A stretch of DNA of 62,353 nucleotides, filler included, from Asterionella formosa (Eukaryota): assembly GCA_002256025.1 (NCBI GenBank). It is 21 parts of 21 records of this genome, joined end to end, with 100 filler letters (N's around TTAATTAATTAA, not from the genome) between each part and the next. Parts side by side here need not be neighbours in the genome. Positions count along the whole stretch, not along the records: positions 50,653 to 53,452 come from NKIB01014720.1; positions 53,553 to 56,420 come from NKIB01014721.1; positions 56,521 to 59,387 come from NKIB01014722.1; positions 59,488 to 62,353 come from NKIB01014723.1; 17 more parts are not named here. One strand, 5' to 3'. Shown here piece by piece: positions 50,553-62,353 of this stretch. The notes under the pieces were generated by a model. That model had not been told where the DNA came from. It saw only the letters and a program-made list of their open reading frames with translations, and searched no databases. Position 1 is the stretch's first letter, and the number at the start of each line of letters is the position of its first letter. The position numbers were made by a program, and so were the translations under genes.

Positions 50553-51109
50553 NNNNNNNNNNNNNNNNNNNNNNNNNNNNNNNNNNNNNNNNNNNNTTAA
50601 TTAATTAANNNNNNNNNNNNNNNNNNNNNNNNNNNNNNNNNNNNNNNNNNNNTCATAGTTGTCAAAGCAAGAAAATGACCCAATCACGTTCACACCATGA
50701 CACAAACATCATGAGCATCGCCATACGCACATACAACAAAGAAATCTCATACCTATGCCATAAGTGTATAATACATATACTCCATATTATTTATCCGCCC
50801 TATAAATAAATGACTTCATAAATAATATATCCATTTACACCATGGATGGCAAATTGCAGGCATGTAATCATATATATTTACATACATGTACGACAAATCT
50901 TTTGATGACCTCTACGTAAATAATAATAACAGTAGTCTAGGTATACCACAACTGATGTATGACCCTCTTCAGGAATTTCTGTAAACGTGAAGATCACAAA
51001 TCCCACTTCGCTTTATATTTCGTTTGAACATCAGTAAGCTCCCTGTAACATAAGTATGAAACCTGACCCTCATCGCTCCTTTGCGAAAAAGAGAGGCGAC
51101 AGCAACCAA

Positions 51110-53452
51110 ATGATGATTATCGGATTGCTCGTATTGTTGGGTTCGGCTACCGCCACAATCAACCAAGGCGCTACTGGTGGCTCAATCACAATCTCCGACT
51201 TCCCGCGCGTTGTCGATCCGAAGGAGGAGTTTGTTCCAAATCTCATTCGGGATGAGAAGTACACAGGTTACCACTGGTCTGATACCGTTATTTATAACAA
51301 GAAGACTAGAAGAGCTGACAAGAACTGTGTTGACTGCATCAAGAATACCCTTGGCGAGAAGACAGACACTACTTACGCTGAGGCCATGGCCGCCATGCAT
51401 CGCCAACTCCAAAGCCCCTCGACCACTGGCTTCCTCAGCTCGATTGTTGTTTCTAACCAAGGCAGAAATATCGATACTCGTAGCCGTGACGGAAATAAGG
51501 GTACAAAGATCTCTACTCAATACGAGATGAAGGGTATTGGAACTAAAACAAATCTAGACCTATTTCGTAGCGCCAGGTCATCCCCTACAAATGCGGGTAA
51601 GGATTTGACACGTGTGAGCCCCGTACTCGACCATCTTAGCGGCTTAAAGTACAAAAGCTTTCGAGACATGGTGGCCCTGAACGCTAGGAATCGTATTACC
51701 GGCAAACCTGACCGACACGGAAAAGAACGCAGTCAGGTCAGAGACGCTGATCCCCCCGATCGTACCCAGCGAGACCATGCCAACCCAAACCGTGATGGCG
51801 CTGAGACTGCTAAGAACCGCGATATTATCTCCTACCGTTGCCAGTACCCTGGTGAGTCATACTATCCAATGAGCCCTGCCGCAATGGATACTCCCGGCTC
51901 GTCGGGTGGCTCGTCTGGCGGTGCAGGAGGTATTGGAAGCTCCAATGCCAGCAAGAGCAAGGCTTCACGCGGCGTAGCAAACGACAGAACATTCAATGCC
52001 GCTGCAGTGGGCAGGGCTAGTATGATGCGAGGTATGAAAGGTATGAGCAGCTCATTCTTTGGACATCGTGATCTAATGGGCGGTGGCAAGAGCAAGGGCT
52101 CGGGCTCCAACTCAGGCTCAGGCTCAGGCTCTGGTAGTAGTGGTTCCGGGGCGCTTGATGCTTCCAGATACATTTTCGCTGGCGGTTTCATGATTCTCCC
52201 TCCCAGTCACCCCGTTTGTCGCCACGCCCGGTTCATTTGTCCTGGTGATGTTGTTGACGGCCCCCTGTGGTCTTACCATTACAGTGCAGGTGACGTTTCT
52301 CCAGGTTCGCAGCTTGACGGCGCCAATGGCAACGGAATTGCTGGTCACAGTGGTCAAGGAGGTAGCAACACAGGCGGCAACGGAGACAGCAAGCGAGGAG
52401 GGGGATCCAAACACGGCCGCAATCTCAGCTATAACAGCGAACCTGTTGTGATGTCTATGAAGAGAAAGTTTTTCCAAGGCTTCAACCGTGAGACGAAGCC
52501 AATGGGAGGCAACTTGGGGACCGGGAGCAAGGCTGACCACGACCAGAAACCCCGCGACGCTGTAATGGCTGGTACCCACAAAGGCACAATGGGCACGATC
52601 AGTTATTCCTCGACTCCAGAGGCTGGCCGAAAGCCGCCTGCAAGTGGGAAGGGTACCGCAGCCGACAGTGCGAATGGATCGGTTGTTCTATTACCTGCAA
52701 GTCATCCTCAATGTGCAAGCAACATCAACGCAGATTGTCAACCGGCAGTTATACCAGGAAATTCTTCCCCAGTTGGCCTAGTTACCGCTCCAAAACCTAC
52801 TATCAGCGGCTTCTTTCATCCTGGTATTAAAATAACATCAGCGGGAGATTTTGCATTCGACAGCACTACTTTGAAAAAAGGAGATAAACATAAGAGTAAT
52901 TTCGACCTTGGTGGTACTTTCGGCACATCGACGGCAATGAAGTCATCCTTTGACTTTGGTGGTACATTTGGAGGAAGCGGCAGTAGCAACGGTGGCTCTG
53001 TTCTTGATATTCTCCTGAGCCACGGTATAGGACAAATGGGCTCAATGAGCGGAATGGGACACGGCACAGTACCGAATGACTTTAACGGAGATCGATGCAC
53101 TCCTACTCCAGCTCCAACCATTGTCGATGTCCCGACCCCTAAGGCTCCACCAAATCTACCCACAACGACGACGTTCAGTCCTACGGAGAGTCCAAGGCCC
53201 AGCCCAGCACCTTCGGCAGAGCCATCTTCTTTCGATTTTTCGCCTCCTCTTGTGGAAACAATAAACCCAACCAGGTTACCCCCCATACGAGGACAGACAC
53301 CCGGGCCCACTCCCTACCAAATTCCAGGACAGACACCCGGGCCCACTCCATATCCAAATCCAGGAGAGAAAACCGGGCCCACTCCCTATCCAATTCCCGG
53401 ACAAACACCCGGGCCAACTCCATATCCAATTCCAGGAACAACCCCCGGGCCC
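51110..53452 (+). CDS. Secreted Gly/Ser/Lys/Met-rich and Pro/Thr-rich protein, 3'-partial
   Basis: ORF of more than 780 codons. Signal peptide MMIIGLLVLLGSATA, low-complexity blocks, a duplicated LP(P/A)SHP.C motif and C-terminal tandem repeats. Confidence 0.85.
53281..53452 (+). repeat. Coding tandem repeat, 36-bp unit (IPGQTPGPTPYP), about 5 copies, running off the contig
   Basis: Visible in both DNA and translation. Confidence 0.9.
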
Positions 53453-53617
53453 NNNNNNNNNNNNNNNNNNNNNNNNNNNNNNNNNNNNNNNNNNNNTTAA
53501 TTAATTAANNNNNNNNNNNNNNNNNNNNNNNNNNNNNNNNNNNNNNNNNNNNAAACTTCCCCAGGTAAGCACACCATTGTTTCCAGTTTCATATGCCAAA
53601 GTGCCCATCATTGTAAA

Positions 53618-54106
53618 CTAACTATCATAATGCTCACTCACACCTTCATTGTTGTCATCTTCTTCCTCCTCGACAATTTTATATGAATTATGAATGAGAT
53701 TACTGGGAAATAACAAGGCAAAGCTGCCATCAGCATTCAAGAGTTGGGGTTTAGTAGGGCCACAATGGTCAGGTGTCAATGTAGACACCATGGTTGCAGT
53801 TGATGGCTGAAAGAGGGACGAACCAGAAGTAGTATACATACTAGTAGTACTAGACTTAACTTTTAGTTTAGCACTTTGTTTTAGTTCATTCTTCACTTGG
53901 TTAACAGATATCCAAGGGAAAATGCATTGCTTAGCTGATACTGTCCTAGAAATAGCACCATAAGGCATTTTTCCACCATTCTTAGCCTTCTTAGCTTATA
54001 GCTCCCTAATCACATTGTTAAGACAAATCTGAACACTGACCAACTCTTCAGGAGACAATTTCTTTCGAGGCAAGGCATTGCCTTGTCGAGGCGCTTTCGA
54101 TGTCAT
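53618..54106 (-). pseudogene. Probable transposase N-terminal remnant (pogo-associated type)
   Basis: Frame from ATG 54106 has a TAA at 53996-53998. The GGKMPYGAI...FPWISVNQV pattern is recalled from diatom transposase N-termini. Weak. Confidence 0.3.
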
Positions 54107-54718
54107 GGTGTTGGTGTTGTGATGGGTGATGGGTGATTGTTGTGTGTTTGCATTTAATTTTTGTACTCATAATTCGGGCGCACCAGGAATTCCTATTTGA
54201 CGTTTTCCATTAATGAAATTATCTCTTTATTATGGCGCACGAGCGAAAGCGCAATGCCGTCGTAGTCGTATTAAATAAATTTTAGAGGATACTAAATTAG
54301 TTTTCTAGCGGAGGAATATTGTCATACCTGTATACGTATATAAAAGGTGATGCTTGCTCAATCGAGTAAACGTGAAAATATCCAATTTTCGCAATTTCAC
54401 GTCGACAGCAACCTTTGGGCGATAATACCTAATTAACAATGTACACAATGCAACAATACAAGTACGGAAGTATTTACTCGCTATATAAATCTGAACAACT
54501 CGTTCGTGACAATAAATAGCGTATCTTGTAAACTAAGTTCAAACCGTGCGTTTACTCCGTTTAGCGGTGGCTTACAGTTCAAAAGTCGCCGTAGCGGTGG
54601 CTTACAGTTTTTAAGTGGTACCATGTATTGTGCAAGACGAAAAGAATTACAACCAGCTAGCTGTGCAGCACGATCATAACGCACCACGAAAAAAAAGGAG
54701 TCCTTTCATAAATCAGCC

Positions 54719-56420
54719 ATGGCGATGAATATCCCTCCTGCTTTTTACGCCCGTACCCACCGTGATGCTCCAATTTTGAATGACCATGGCGTACAAGTTG
54801 AGCTCATTAAGAGTGGACTCTGTCCTTATCATCCAGACATTCAACTTCGCAAAAAGAAATGGAATGGATTTTGGAAGACTGTGCGAGACAGCTGCCCAAA
54901 ATGCGATCGTCTGAATATTACCCGAGGGGCTACTGCTCCAGTGACTCCAATGCCTCAGCAGTCTCCTTCTTTGCCAGCAACCCAAATTCCAACCACTTCA
55001 ACTCCGTTTCCGATTGCTAAAATTCTTTCAAAGACGAGATTGAATGAACGGAATGCTAACATTCAAGAAGAAGGTCTCTTTGAACTTCAGAAGTTGGCTG
55101 CGAATGATGAAAACCACAGGGTGACAATTGCTGCAGCAGGAGGTATCACGACGATTCTGTCTTCAATGAAGACTCATTCCTCAAATGCTACTGTGCAAGA
55201 GAATGGTTGTGCAGCACTTCAGACTGTGAAAAATGACAACAACAAGGTGACGATTGCTGAAGCAGGAGGTATCACTACGATTCTGTCTGCAATGAAGACT
55301 CATTCCTCAAATGCCACTGTGCAAGAGCATGGTTGTGGAGCACTTAGGAACTTGGCTGTGAATGACAACAACAGGGTGACTATTGCTGAAGCAGGAGGTA
55401 TCACTACGATTCTGTCTGCAATGAAGATTCATTCCTCAAATGCTACTGTGCAAGAAAAAGGTTGTGGAGTACTTTGTTGCTTAGCTTTTAATGACAACAA
55501 CGAGGTGATGATTGCTGAAGCAGGAGGTATCACTACAATTCTATCTGCGATGTATAACCATTTCTCCAATCTTAATGTGCAATACTGTGGTTGTGCAGCA
55601 CTTATGAAGTTGGCTACTAATAATGAAAGCATCAAGCTGATAATTGCCAATGCTGGTGGAGAAGATGCAATTAAATCTGCTATTCGAAATCACTCATCCA
55701 ATGCTGGTGTCTGGGAAAAAGGTCATGAAGCACTTCTTATGATTCAACCAATTTCAACAACATCCAAGAGAGCGCATGTTCCTTCCTTAACCACTCCAAC
55801 ACCAAGCAGTAGCAATTCAACTGATCTCATTTCTGAAGGTCAATCGAAAATGAAGGAAGCTATCGACAATGTGAAATCAAGACCAATCGAGCTTTCTGCT
55901 GAATTCATTACTTATTGTACAAACAATTTTGCTGAAGACAGAAAACTTGGTCAAGGAGCTTTTGGTGCTGTTTACAAAGGCCAAGATGACAATCGGGATT
56001 TTGCTGTTAAATGTATTCTATTCAATATTGCTGTTGAGAAAAATAAGGTGGAGGAAGTTACCAAGGGTTTTAAAAGAGAATTGCAGGTGAGCTCATTTGT
56101 GGTATCAAATATTGCATTTCGTTTCAAGTCTTTATGTTTCTCATTCTACTGTCATACTGTTTCAGGCCTTGAAGAGGTTCCGACACCCCAATATTGTAAC
56201 TTTGTATGGCTATCATTTGTCCCCTAATTCGCTTTATCAATACCTTGTGTTTGAGTATGCATCCAATGGTTCACTTGAGACATTCTATAGGAGTGAACAA
56301 AAAAGGGCAGGTCTCTCAAGTAAGATCTGACTTCGAATCATGTTCGAAATCTTTTGTGCCATCCACTACCTTCATACTGGTACAAAGGACAACCTTGGTC
56401 TGTTTCATCGTGATATCAAG
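54719..56420 (+). pseudogene. Zn-finger-like motif, ARM repeats and IRAK/Pelle-like protein kinase; intron 56087-56165; premature TGA 56328-56330; 3'-partial
   Basis: CPYHP...CPKC; four near-identical ARM units of 126-129 bp; LGQGAFGAVYKG, AVK, then (after a phase-0 GTGAGC...TTCAG intron) FRHPNIV, LVFEYASNGSL, KI*LRI, HYLH and HRDIK. Confidence 0.82.
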
Positions 56421-57847
56421 NNNNNNNNNNNNNNNNNNNNNNNNNNNNNNNNNNNNNNNNNNNNTTAATTAATTAANNNNNNNNNNNNNNNNNNNNNNNN
56501 NNNNNNNNNNNNNNNNNNNNTGCGATTCCCTGCCAAGTAGAGCATATGCAAGGCAGATTCAAACAAAGCACATGCCTATGATCTAATACCATCATCGCCG
56601 GCTTGGTTGAATCCAAGATCCAACGATCCCAAAGCGCGGTGTGCTGAAATTCCGACAGCCAACATATTAAAACATACCTTCGTTGCTCAAGTTGTTGTAA
56701 CCTGGTTTGAGAATGAAGATTTGAATTCTGCAGCAGGGCCACTTTGACCAAGCGTGCGTCCGATGACTTCAATCCTTGCTTTGATTAATCAATCTACCAA
56801 TCGTGAGTACAGATGGAGTATTTGAGGGAAAAAAGCGCCAAGGGGATAGAACAACTAAGCCACAACACAGTGTAATACAACAACACGCACTTGGGGTGCT
56901 TGTACCAGTTCTTAACTTGGTTAGCTATCGTCGCATGAGCGCTTCTGATAAGCACTGAAGGACACTCTCTCGAGTTGGCGTTGCTTTGGCGTATTGGTGC
57001 AACTTCAATTTGCCAATTTTACATTGACAATGCGCACTTACTTCAGCCTAGAGCGGCGATATTTATGGTTGCGTCAATTTGGTGCATGAGGATGGCGAAA
57101 ACTCTTTTCGCTGCTGTCATTTCTTGGCCGATTCATACCTTCTTGACATATGTACCACAATACGTTACTTGAGTTGTCTTTCGCAATGATTTATCCTCTA
57201 AAACAATTTTATCTTGAACTTTTAAAATGTGTAGTTGTAACATCAACTAGTTTTGTCTTGGAAATCACTGTATGATTCTGAACCATCACATGAAAACCTT
57301 GAAGAGAAGTCTTGTTCACTCTAATAGTTCATATTATTTACGTGAAGTGCACAACTATAAACTGTAGATTGTCCATGCATGAAATAAGACACCACAAATA
57401 TCCTTACTATTTCATAAATAAAGATGCATTTAGTAAATGAATTTGCCATGAGAGCATGATATTTGTTGAACTTTGAAATGAATTATTTGAAACATCAACT
57501 AATTCAGTTTCGAGTTCAAAGGTCATTGTGAAAACTTCAGTACCACGTAAGTAACACTCCTACGTAAATGAAAATTCGAACAGTGGCATATTTCGCGGCT
57601 TAGATGTAACCTGAAATCGAAGTCCATTGCACAGTGATGGGTGAAAAATTTGTTTTTGTAGTTTCATTACAACAAATATAGGACCTTGTTTGTTGAGACA
57701 GCCCTGTACAGTTTCAGTTTCAGCTCCAGCTCCAGCTTGCTAACTATCAAGCTTGAGAGATTTTCCACGTGAAACCATTGATCATGTAGCTAGGCGTAGA
57801 TCTGCATACCCAACACAAAATAGCTCATAGATAACGAAATCGTGTCC

Positions 57848-59147
57848 ACCGGTATGTTGATCACAGCCAGATTGTTACCTGTTTGGGAAGATTCTTTACT
57901 GTGAGTACCGGTAGTACTGTATGTACATCAGTGCTGCATATACTCATACCCGTATACCCGGTAATACAATCAAGACACAAATATTCGGAATGGCCAAGCT
58001 TTTTTAAGTGCAAGCAATTTGATGATCCCAATAATTACTGTACATAACAATGATCTTGCACATTGTGAGTTTAGCTTCGTCATGCACTCCTTGCATTGCT
58101 CATGAAGCCTCAATGATAGCTAGGCTTCTGGAGCGAGTTCAATCATCTCTTAAATCCATCAAAGAATCATGTTATTTGTGTGAATTTGTAACTACCCAAC
58201 CTGCTTCATCAGCTTGCAACAAATGGTGGACCCTCAGTGACAAATTTGCGTGACATGGTGATAGAGAATCCAGAAAGCTTGATTCAATTCAACAATCAAA
58301 AATGCGCCAGAGTTTAAAAACTTAAAATCGGTGAATAATAGACAAACACATTCGAAGGGATTTTTCTAGCAATAAGAGCAGGGTGGTTAATCGATGATAG
58401 CGGGCAATCAATTGGGCTTGAATCGGCTACGAAAACGAAGAAGTATGACTCTATACTAGGCATGGATGGTAAACAGGAGAATAAATCAGACGACTACATA
58501 ATCAAACGAACATTTTCATGGCTGTCATGATATCTAGTCATCAACATTCTATTTTAAAATCACATCCACACATGCAACGAGCTGTTACAATCGTGGACGC
58601 ATTACCAACATGCAACTATCACAAGATACTACAACCCAAAGTTCACCTGCAATGTTGCTGCATACTAGCTAGCTAGTATTTCAGAGATTGACGAGACAGC
58701 GTGGACTTCGGTTGATTGCTGCGATAATCGATCGTCGCCTCATACAAATGAGCACATCCGTAGCTAGCAATGACAAAGGTGAGCCGTGGCAAACTGTAGA
58801 CCAATCATATGGTTTCGCAATATTCAATGACAAGAACAACGAAAAGTTCATGCCGACAAGATTCTACAACACACCGGTACGTAAGTAAGTTGAGCATTCC
58901 TAAATGGTATACAGGGCACATACACATATATCCATACCGGTCCATTGTTATGTACAGTAATTATTGGGATCATCAAATTGCTTGCACTTAAAAAAGCTTG
59001 GCCATTCCGAACATTTGTGTCTTGATTGTATTTCCGGGTATACCGGTATGAGTATATGCAGCACTGATGTACATACATTACTACCGGTACTCACAGTAAA
59101 GAATCTTCCCAAACGGGTAACAATCCGGCTGTGATCAACATACCGGT
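57848..59147. mobile_element. Non-autonomous element with about 205-bp terminal inverted repeats (MULE/foldback-like)
   Basis: 57848-58052 is the near-perfect reverse complement of 58943-59147. No transposase inside and no TSD seen. Confidence 0.75.
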
Positions 59148-59217
59148 AGTATATAAAATCAGATACAAAATCCATCTATACATATACTGAAGAAAAAAAA
59201 GATACTAAGTACCGGTT

Positions 59218-59387
59218 CTGCTGTGACCCATTTGCTTCCGACAAATTATATACACACTGTAGTACCCACCTACAAAAATTTCGTACCGGTATCTCAGGAC
59301 GTTGAGCTGAAATGAGAATAAATACCGTATCGACGCGACCACAACCTGCTGACACCTTCGGTTAACAAGACGTGGAAGTGTGGTTCT
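59218..59387. mobile_element. Partial copy of the 22573-22777 MITE family
   Basis: CTGCTGTGACCCAT terminus and CAACCTGCTGAC.CCTT.GGTTAACAAGAC.TGGAAGT internal match. Confidence 0.65.
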
Positions 59388-59719
59388 NNNNNNNNNNNNN
59401 NNNNNNNNNNNNNNNNNNNNNNNNNNNNNNNTTAATTAATTAANNNNNNNNNNNNNNNNNNNNNNNNNNNNNNNNNNNNNNNNNNNNTTTGGAAAGTGAT
59501 TTACACAAAATGATGTCAAGCAATAGAAATGGTTCCTAACCTCCAAACTTTCACTGTCACTTTGATCACAATAATGATTTAGGTAGTTCCAAAAGGATTC
59601 AGTGCTTGTTCCTAGTGGACCACAACAAAAAGTGTGTTATAAGCAGGGAATACTGATACTAGACTTTCAATTGCCTTGTTTGCTTGAAAGGAATTTTCCT
59701 TTACGGCAGACATCGAATT

Positions 59720-60470
59720 ACCAATACCTCCTTGGGTGAGTTGAGCAGCCCTGAAACAAGGTGACCGGCTGCAGCGAACCAAGGCCTTTTTTCATACAAG
59801 ACCTTAATTTTTCCTTCAAAAAATTGTCCTTAAGGGCGGGCAGACATATAAATACCAATTCCGGCTTGGGTGAGTTGAACAGCCCTAAACAACAAGATCG
59901 GCAGCAGCAAATAGAGCAAGGTTTTGGTTGGCAACTTCTTGAGCCTGCAGATGAGCAAATGATGCAGGAGTCCCTTTTCGAATCCAAGAGGATGTAACCC
60001 AAAGTCATCAAAGACATGGAAAGCAAGTTCATTTTCAGTGATGGCAGAAATTCCTCCAACAATTTCAGTGTGCATAATGATGATGAGAGCAAAGCATTGT
60101 ATTGTAGGTGGTCAACACAAAGCTGCCAGATAGCATTCATCTAGCACTTCGCAGTGGCCATTTCTCATCCAGGGACAGGTCCGAAACGCTCAACCTAGAC
60201 AATTTCGGGAACGGCAAGCATGACAACACGGCAATGCTTAATCTCGGCCTCACAAATCCAGTTAAGATTAATTCCAATCTCGTCCATGCTGAAAAGGCCA
60301 GGAGGATCAAAACCAACATCACCCGCCATGGATTGAAAAATGAGAGGAGATCGGCTCATGAAGGGGGGGCCTTGCTCATCTTGGAGTTAAATGCAAAATT
60401 GCGGCTGGATCCCTAAGAGACGGGGGCGTGCGCAGAGGACGGGAGAAAAGGAGGCAGGCAGATGCAAAAT
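59720..60470 (-). pseudogene. Light-harvesting complex (fucoxanthin-chlorophyll, Lhcr-like) pseudogene
   Basis: MSKA..PFM..SMAGDVGFDPPGL, NWICEAEIKHCRVVMLA, DFGLHPLGF and LQAQEVANQNLALFAAA occur across stops and frameshifts. The 3' end (GCSTHP) is duplicated. Confidence 0.85.
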
Positions 60471-61069
60471 CAAATGATTTCAAGAACAGCAACAATATTG
60501 AATGGAATCATAAGTACAATGAGCATACTGTTGAAATCGCATTTTCTGCTTCAACACCTCTGTGTCAATCAGATAAGAACAGATCTAGCTTGAAACGGTG
60601 ACAGGGTGATCTAAAATGTTTGTAAACTGGAAAATTAAAATAAAGTGAGTTATTTTTCTTCTTCCTTGCTTCTTGCTTCAACTGTGACCCACCCGTCATT
60701 CTCCTATAATCATTTTGTCTTGTCACCTAACTCTTTTGTCCTACCATCTACTTGGGAGAATGGCTTAGTGGCTAGCACACCTTCTGCAGTGGCCGATTTG
60801 GTTTCTGAATTCTCCACCTGTCTTTTTCATGTAATCCCTAGGGTTCCAGGGGGTGCGACTGGCGAAAAGACAGGTCCCGTTGTACCGTACAGACGAATAA
60901 AACCGGTTCTATTAGTGTCCATTTCATTTGAGCCCGAGTGCAATTATTGGGTAGCTAGCTTTGACATACTATAATATTTTATTGACATTTTTTGTCCTAC
61001 CATCTACTTGGTTGAACACACTCCTGCAATCCTCCATAGCATAGTTGTAGTCTGCTATGGATGGATTGA

Positions 61070-61470
61070 TGTCCATAATGAAGCAAGTTGCACATCGGCT
61101 CCTTGTAGGGCCTTCATAAAATCGTGAGCTGCTACCAGGGTACCATCCGTTCAGTGGGGCAGTACCTCACAGGCACATCTCCAGAAGATACCCTGTCAGC
61201 CAGAAAAAGCAGCATATATTTATATGTCTTGACCGGCAACTACTCGATGCCTGTCCATTGTGTTCTAATAGGAATGCACTTTGATTGTCTTGGTGAAATA
61301 TCACAGAGTCCTTAATTTCATATCCTTTTGTTTCCATGAAATATCGTGTCCATAGGATTTGCGTCATGCCATTATTTACGCTGACTAACTCTCCCTCAGT
61401 CGAGCTCTTGTTGTTTATCTTCTGTCAGACAGATGTTCCATAAATCACTCCTGGACTGAGCATCATTGCT
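61070..61470 (-). pseudogene. Ty1/copia RNase H remnant
   Basis: KSSTEGELV, ILWTRYFME..GY, HQDNQSAFLLE.NG.ASS..RSRHINI, degraded by stops and frameshifts. Confidence 0.8.
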
Positions 61471-62353
61471 CCCCCCCTTCCTCCTTTAATACTGGGCACA
61501 TAGTAAGATTCCAAGGAAGCAGTTTAAAGTGACCCCCACAGGTACTCCATTGATAGACACAAATTTTTAAAAGTCATTACATTTACTGGTATGTTTGTAT
61601 TTAAGTATCAGTGTATGTATTTATTTATGTACGTATCTATGTATACATATATGTATGTATACATCTTCTTGGCCGAGCATGATGTTTGCCCCTGGTCATT
61701 CCGGGTATTTACCACAGCAGTTGCAAATCGTCTGTACATTGTTAAGGAGTACCCTGGTACCGTCAGTGGTACAAGCTAATTTGAAGATTTCTGGAATGAG
61801 AAGTCTTGACACTCAGATTGGGGGGAAAAACCCCAATCGAAAGCCTCCCAATCCTACATAGAGCCCCTAATCCAACCCCCCCCCCAATCGTACCGGTAGC
61901 AAGGTTCGGAAACCTGGTTTTTCCCGAAAAGCATTCTTTAAAATTTGATTTTGATGAAATCGAATTTAATGGGCCAGCGCGAAACTGTTAGGAATTTCTA
62001 AATGTCGATTCAATGTATTGCTGGAGGATTCGAATTTGAGTGCCTGCCGGCGCCAAATTTCAGTGTCGGCAAAATGACCGCAACTTGCAGGTACCGTCGT
62101 CATTTATTTGGTTGCTGTGGTCGCTACCGACTGACGATACCGGTAATACTTGGTTGTCCACAGCAAATACTCTCGAATCTAAGACCGCTACCTGGTAATG
62201 CCGATCACGAAGTCAAAAATCGATCAACCGATTTCGTTGAAATATACTGGACTAGTTAAGGTTGACCATCAATTTTCCCGTCCCATCCCTTCCTGTATTG
62301 TTCCTTGTCATTCATTTTTGATGATATCACGTTTTGCTTCCCATTAACTCAAG

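Overview
This window is not a contiguous locus. It is 21 unrelated contigs of about 2.8-2.9 kb, joined by artificial 100-nt linkers (N44-TTAATTAATTAA-N44). The content points to a diatom or related stramenopile nuclear genome: CoDi-like Ty1/copia elements, a fucoxanthin-chlorophyll (LHC) pseudogene, bipartite-type targeting signals and short GT-AG introns. Much of it is transposon debris: several copia fragments and LTRs, a DIRS/Ngaro-like element, pogo-like transposase pieces, MITE/TIR elements and minisatellites. Host genes include a bZIP factor, a Pkr1-like membrane protein, two helicase-associated (HA) repeat proteins, a heliorhodopsin fragment, GPI mannosyltransferase 4 (PIG-Z), a Nop6-like RRM protein, a large secreted low-complexity protein and an ARM-repeat/IRAK-like kinase. 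The standout observation is in the bZIP gene (15164-16080). It has two hairpins with 7-nt CAG|CNG loops bracketing a 59-nt segment. Removing that segment, and not any GT-AG intron found there, fuses the bZIP to an acidic C-terminal domain. This is the signature of an IRE1-spliced HAC1/XBP1/bZIP60-type unconventional intron, which I do not know to have been described in diatoms. All protein assignments come from motif recognition by eye; no database searches were run.
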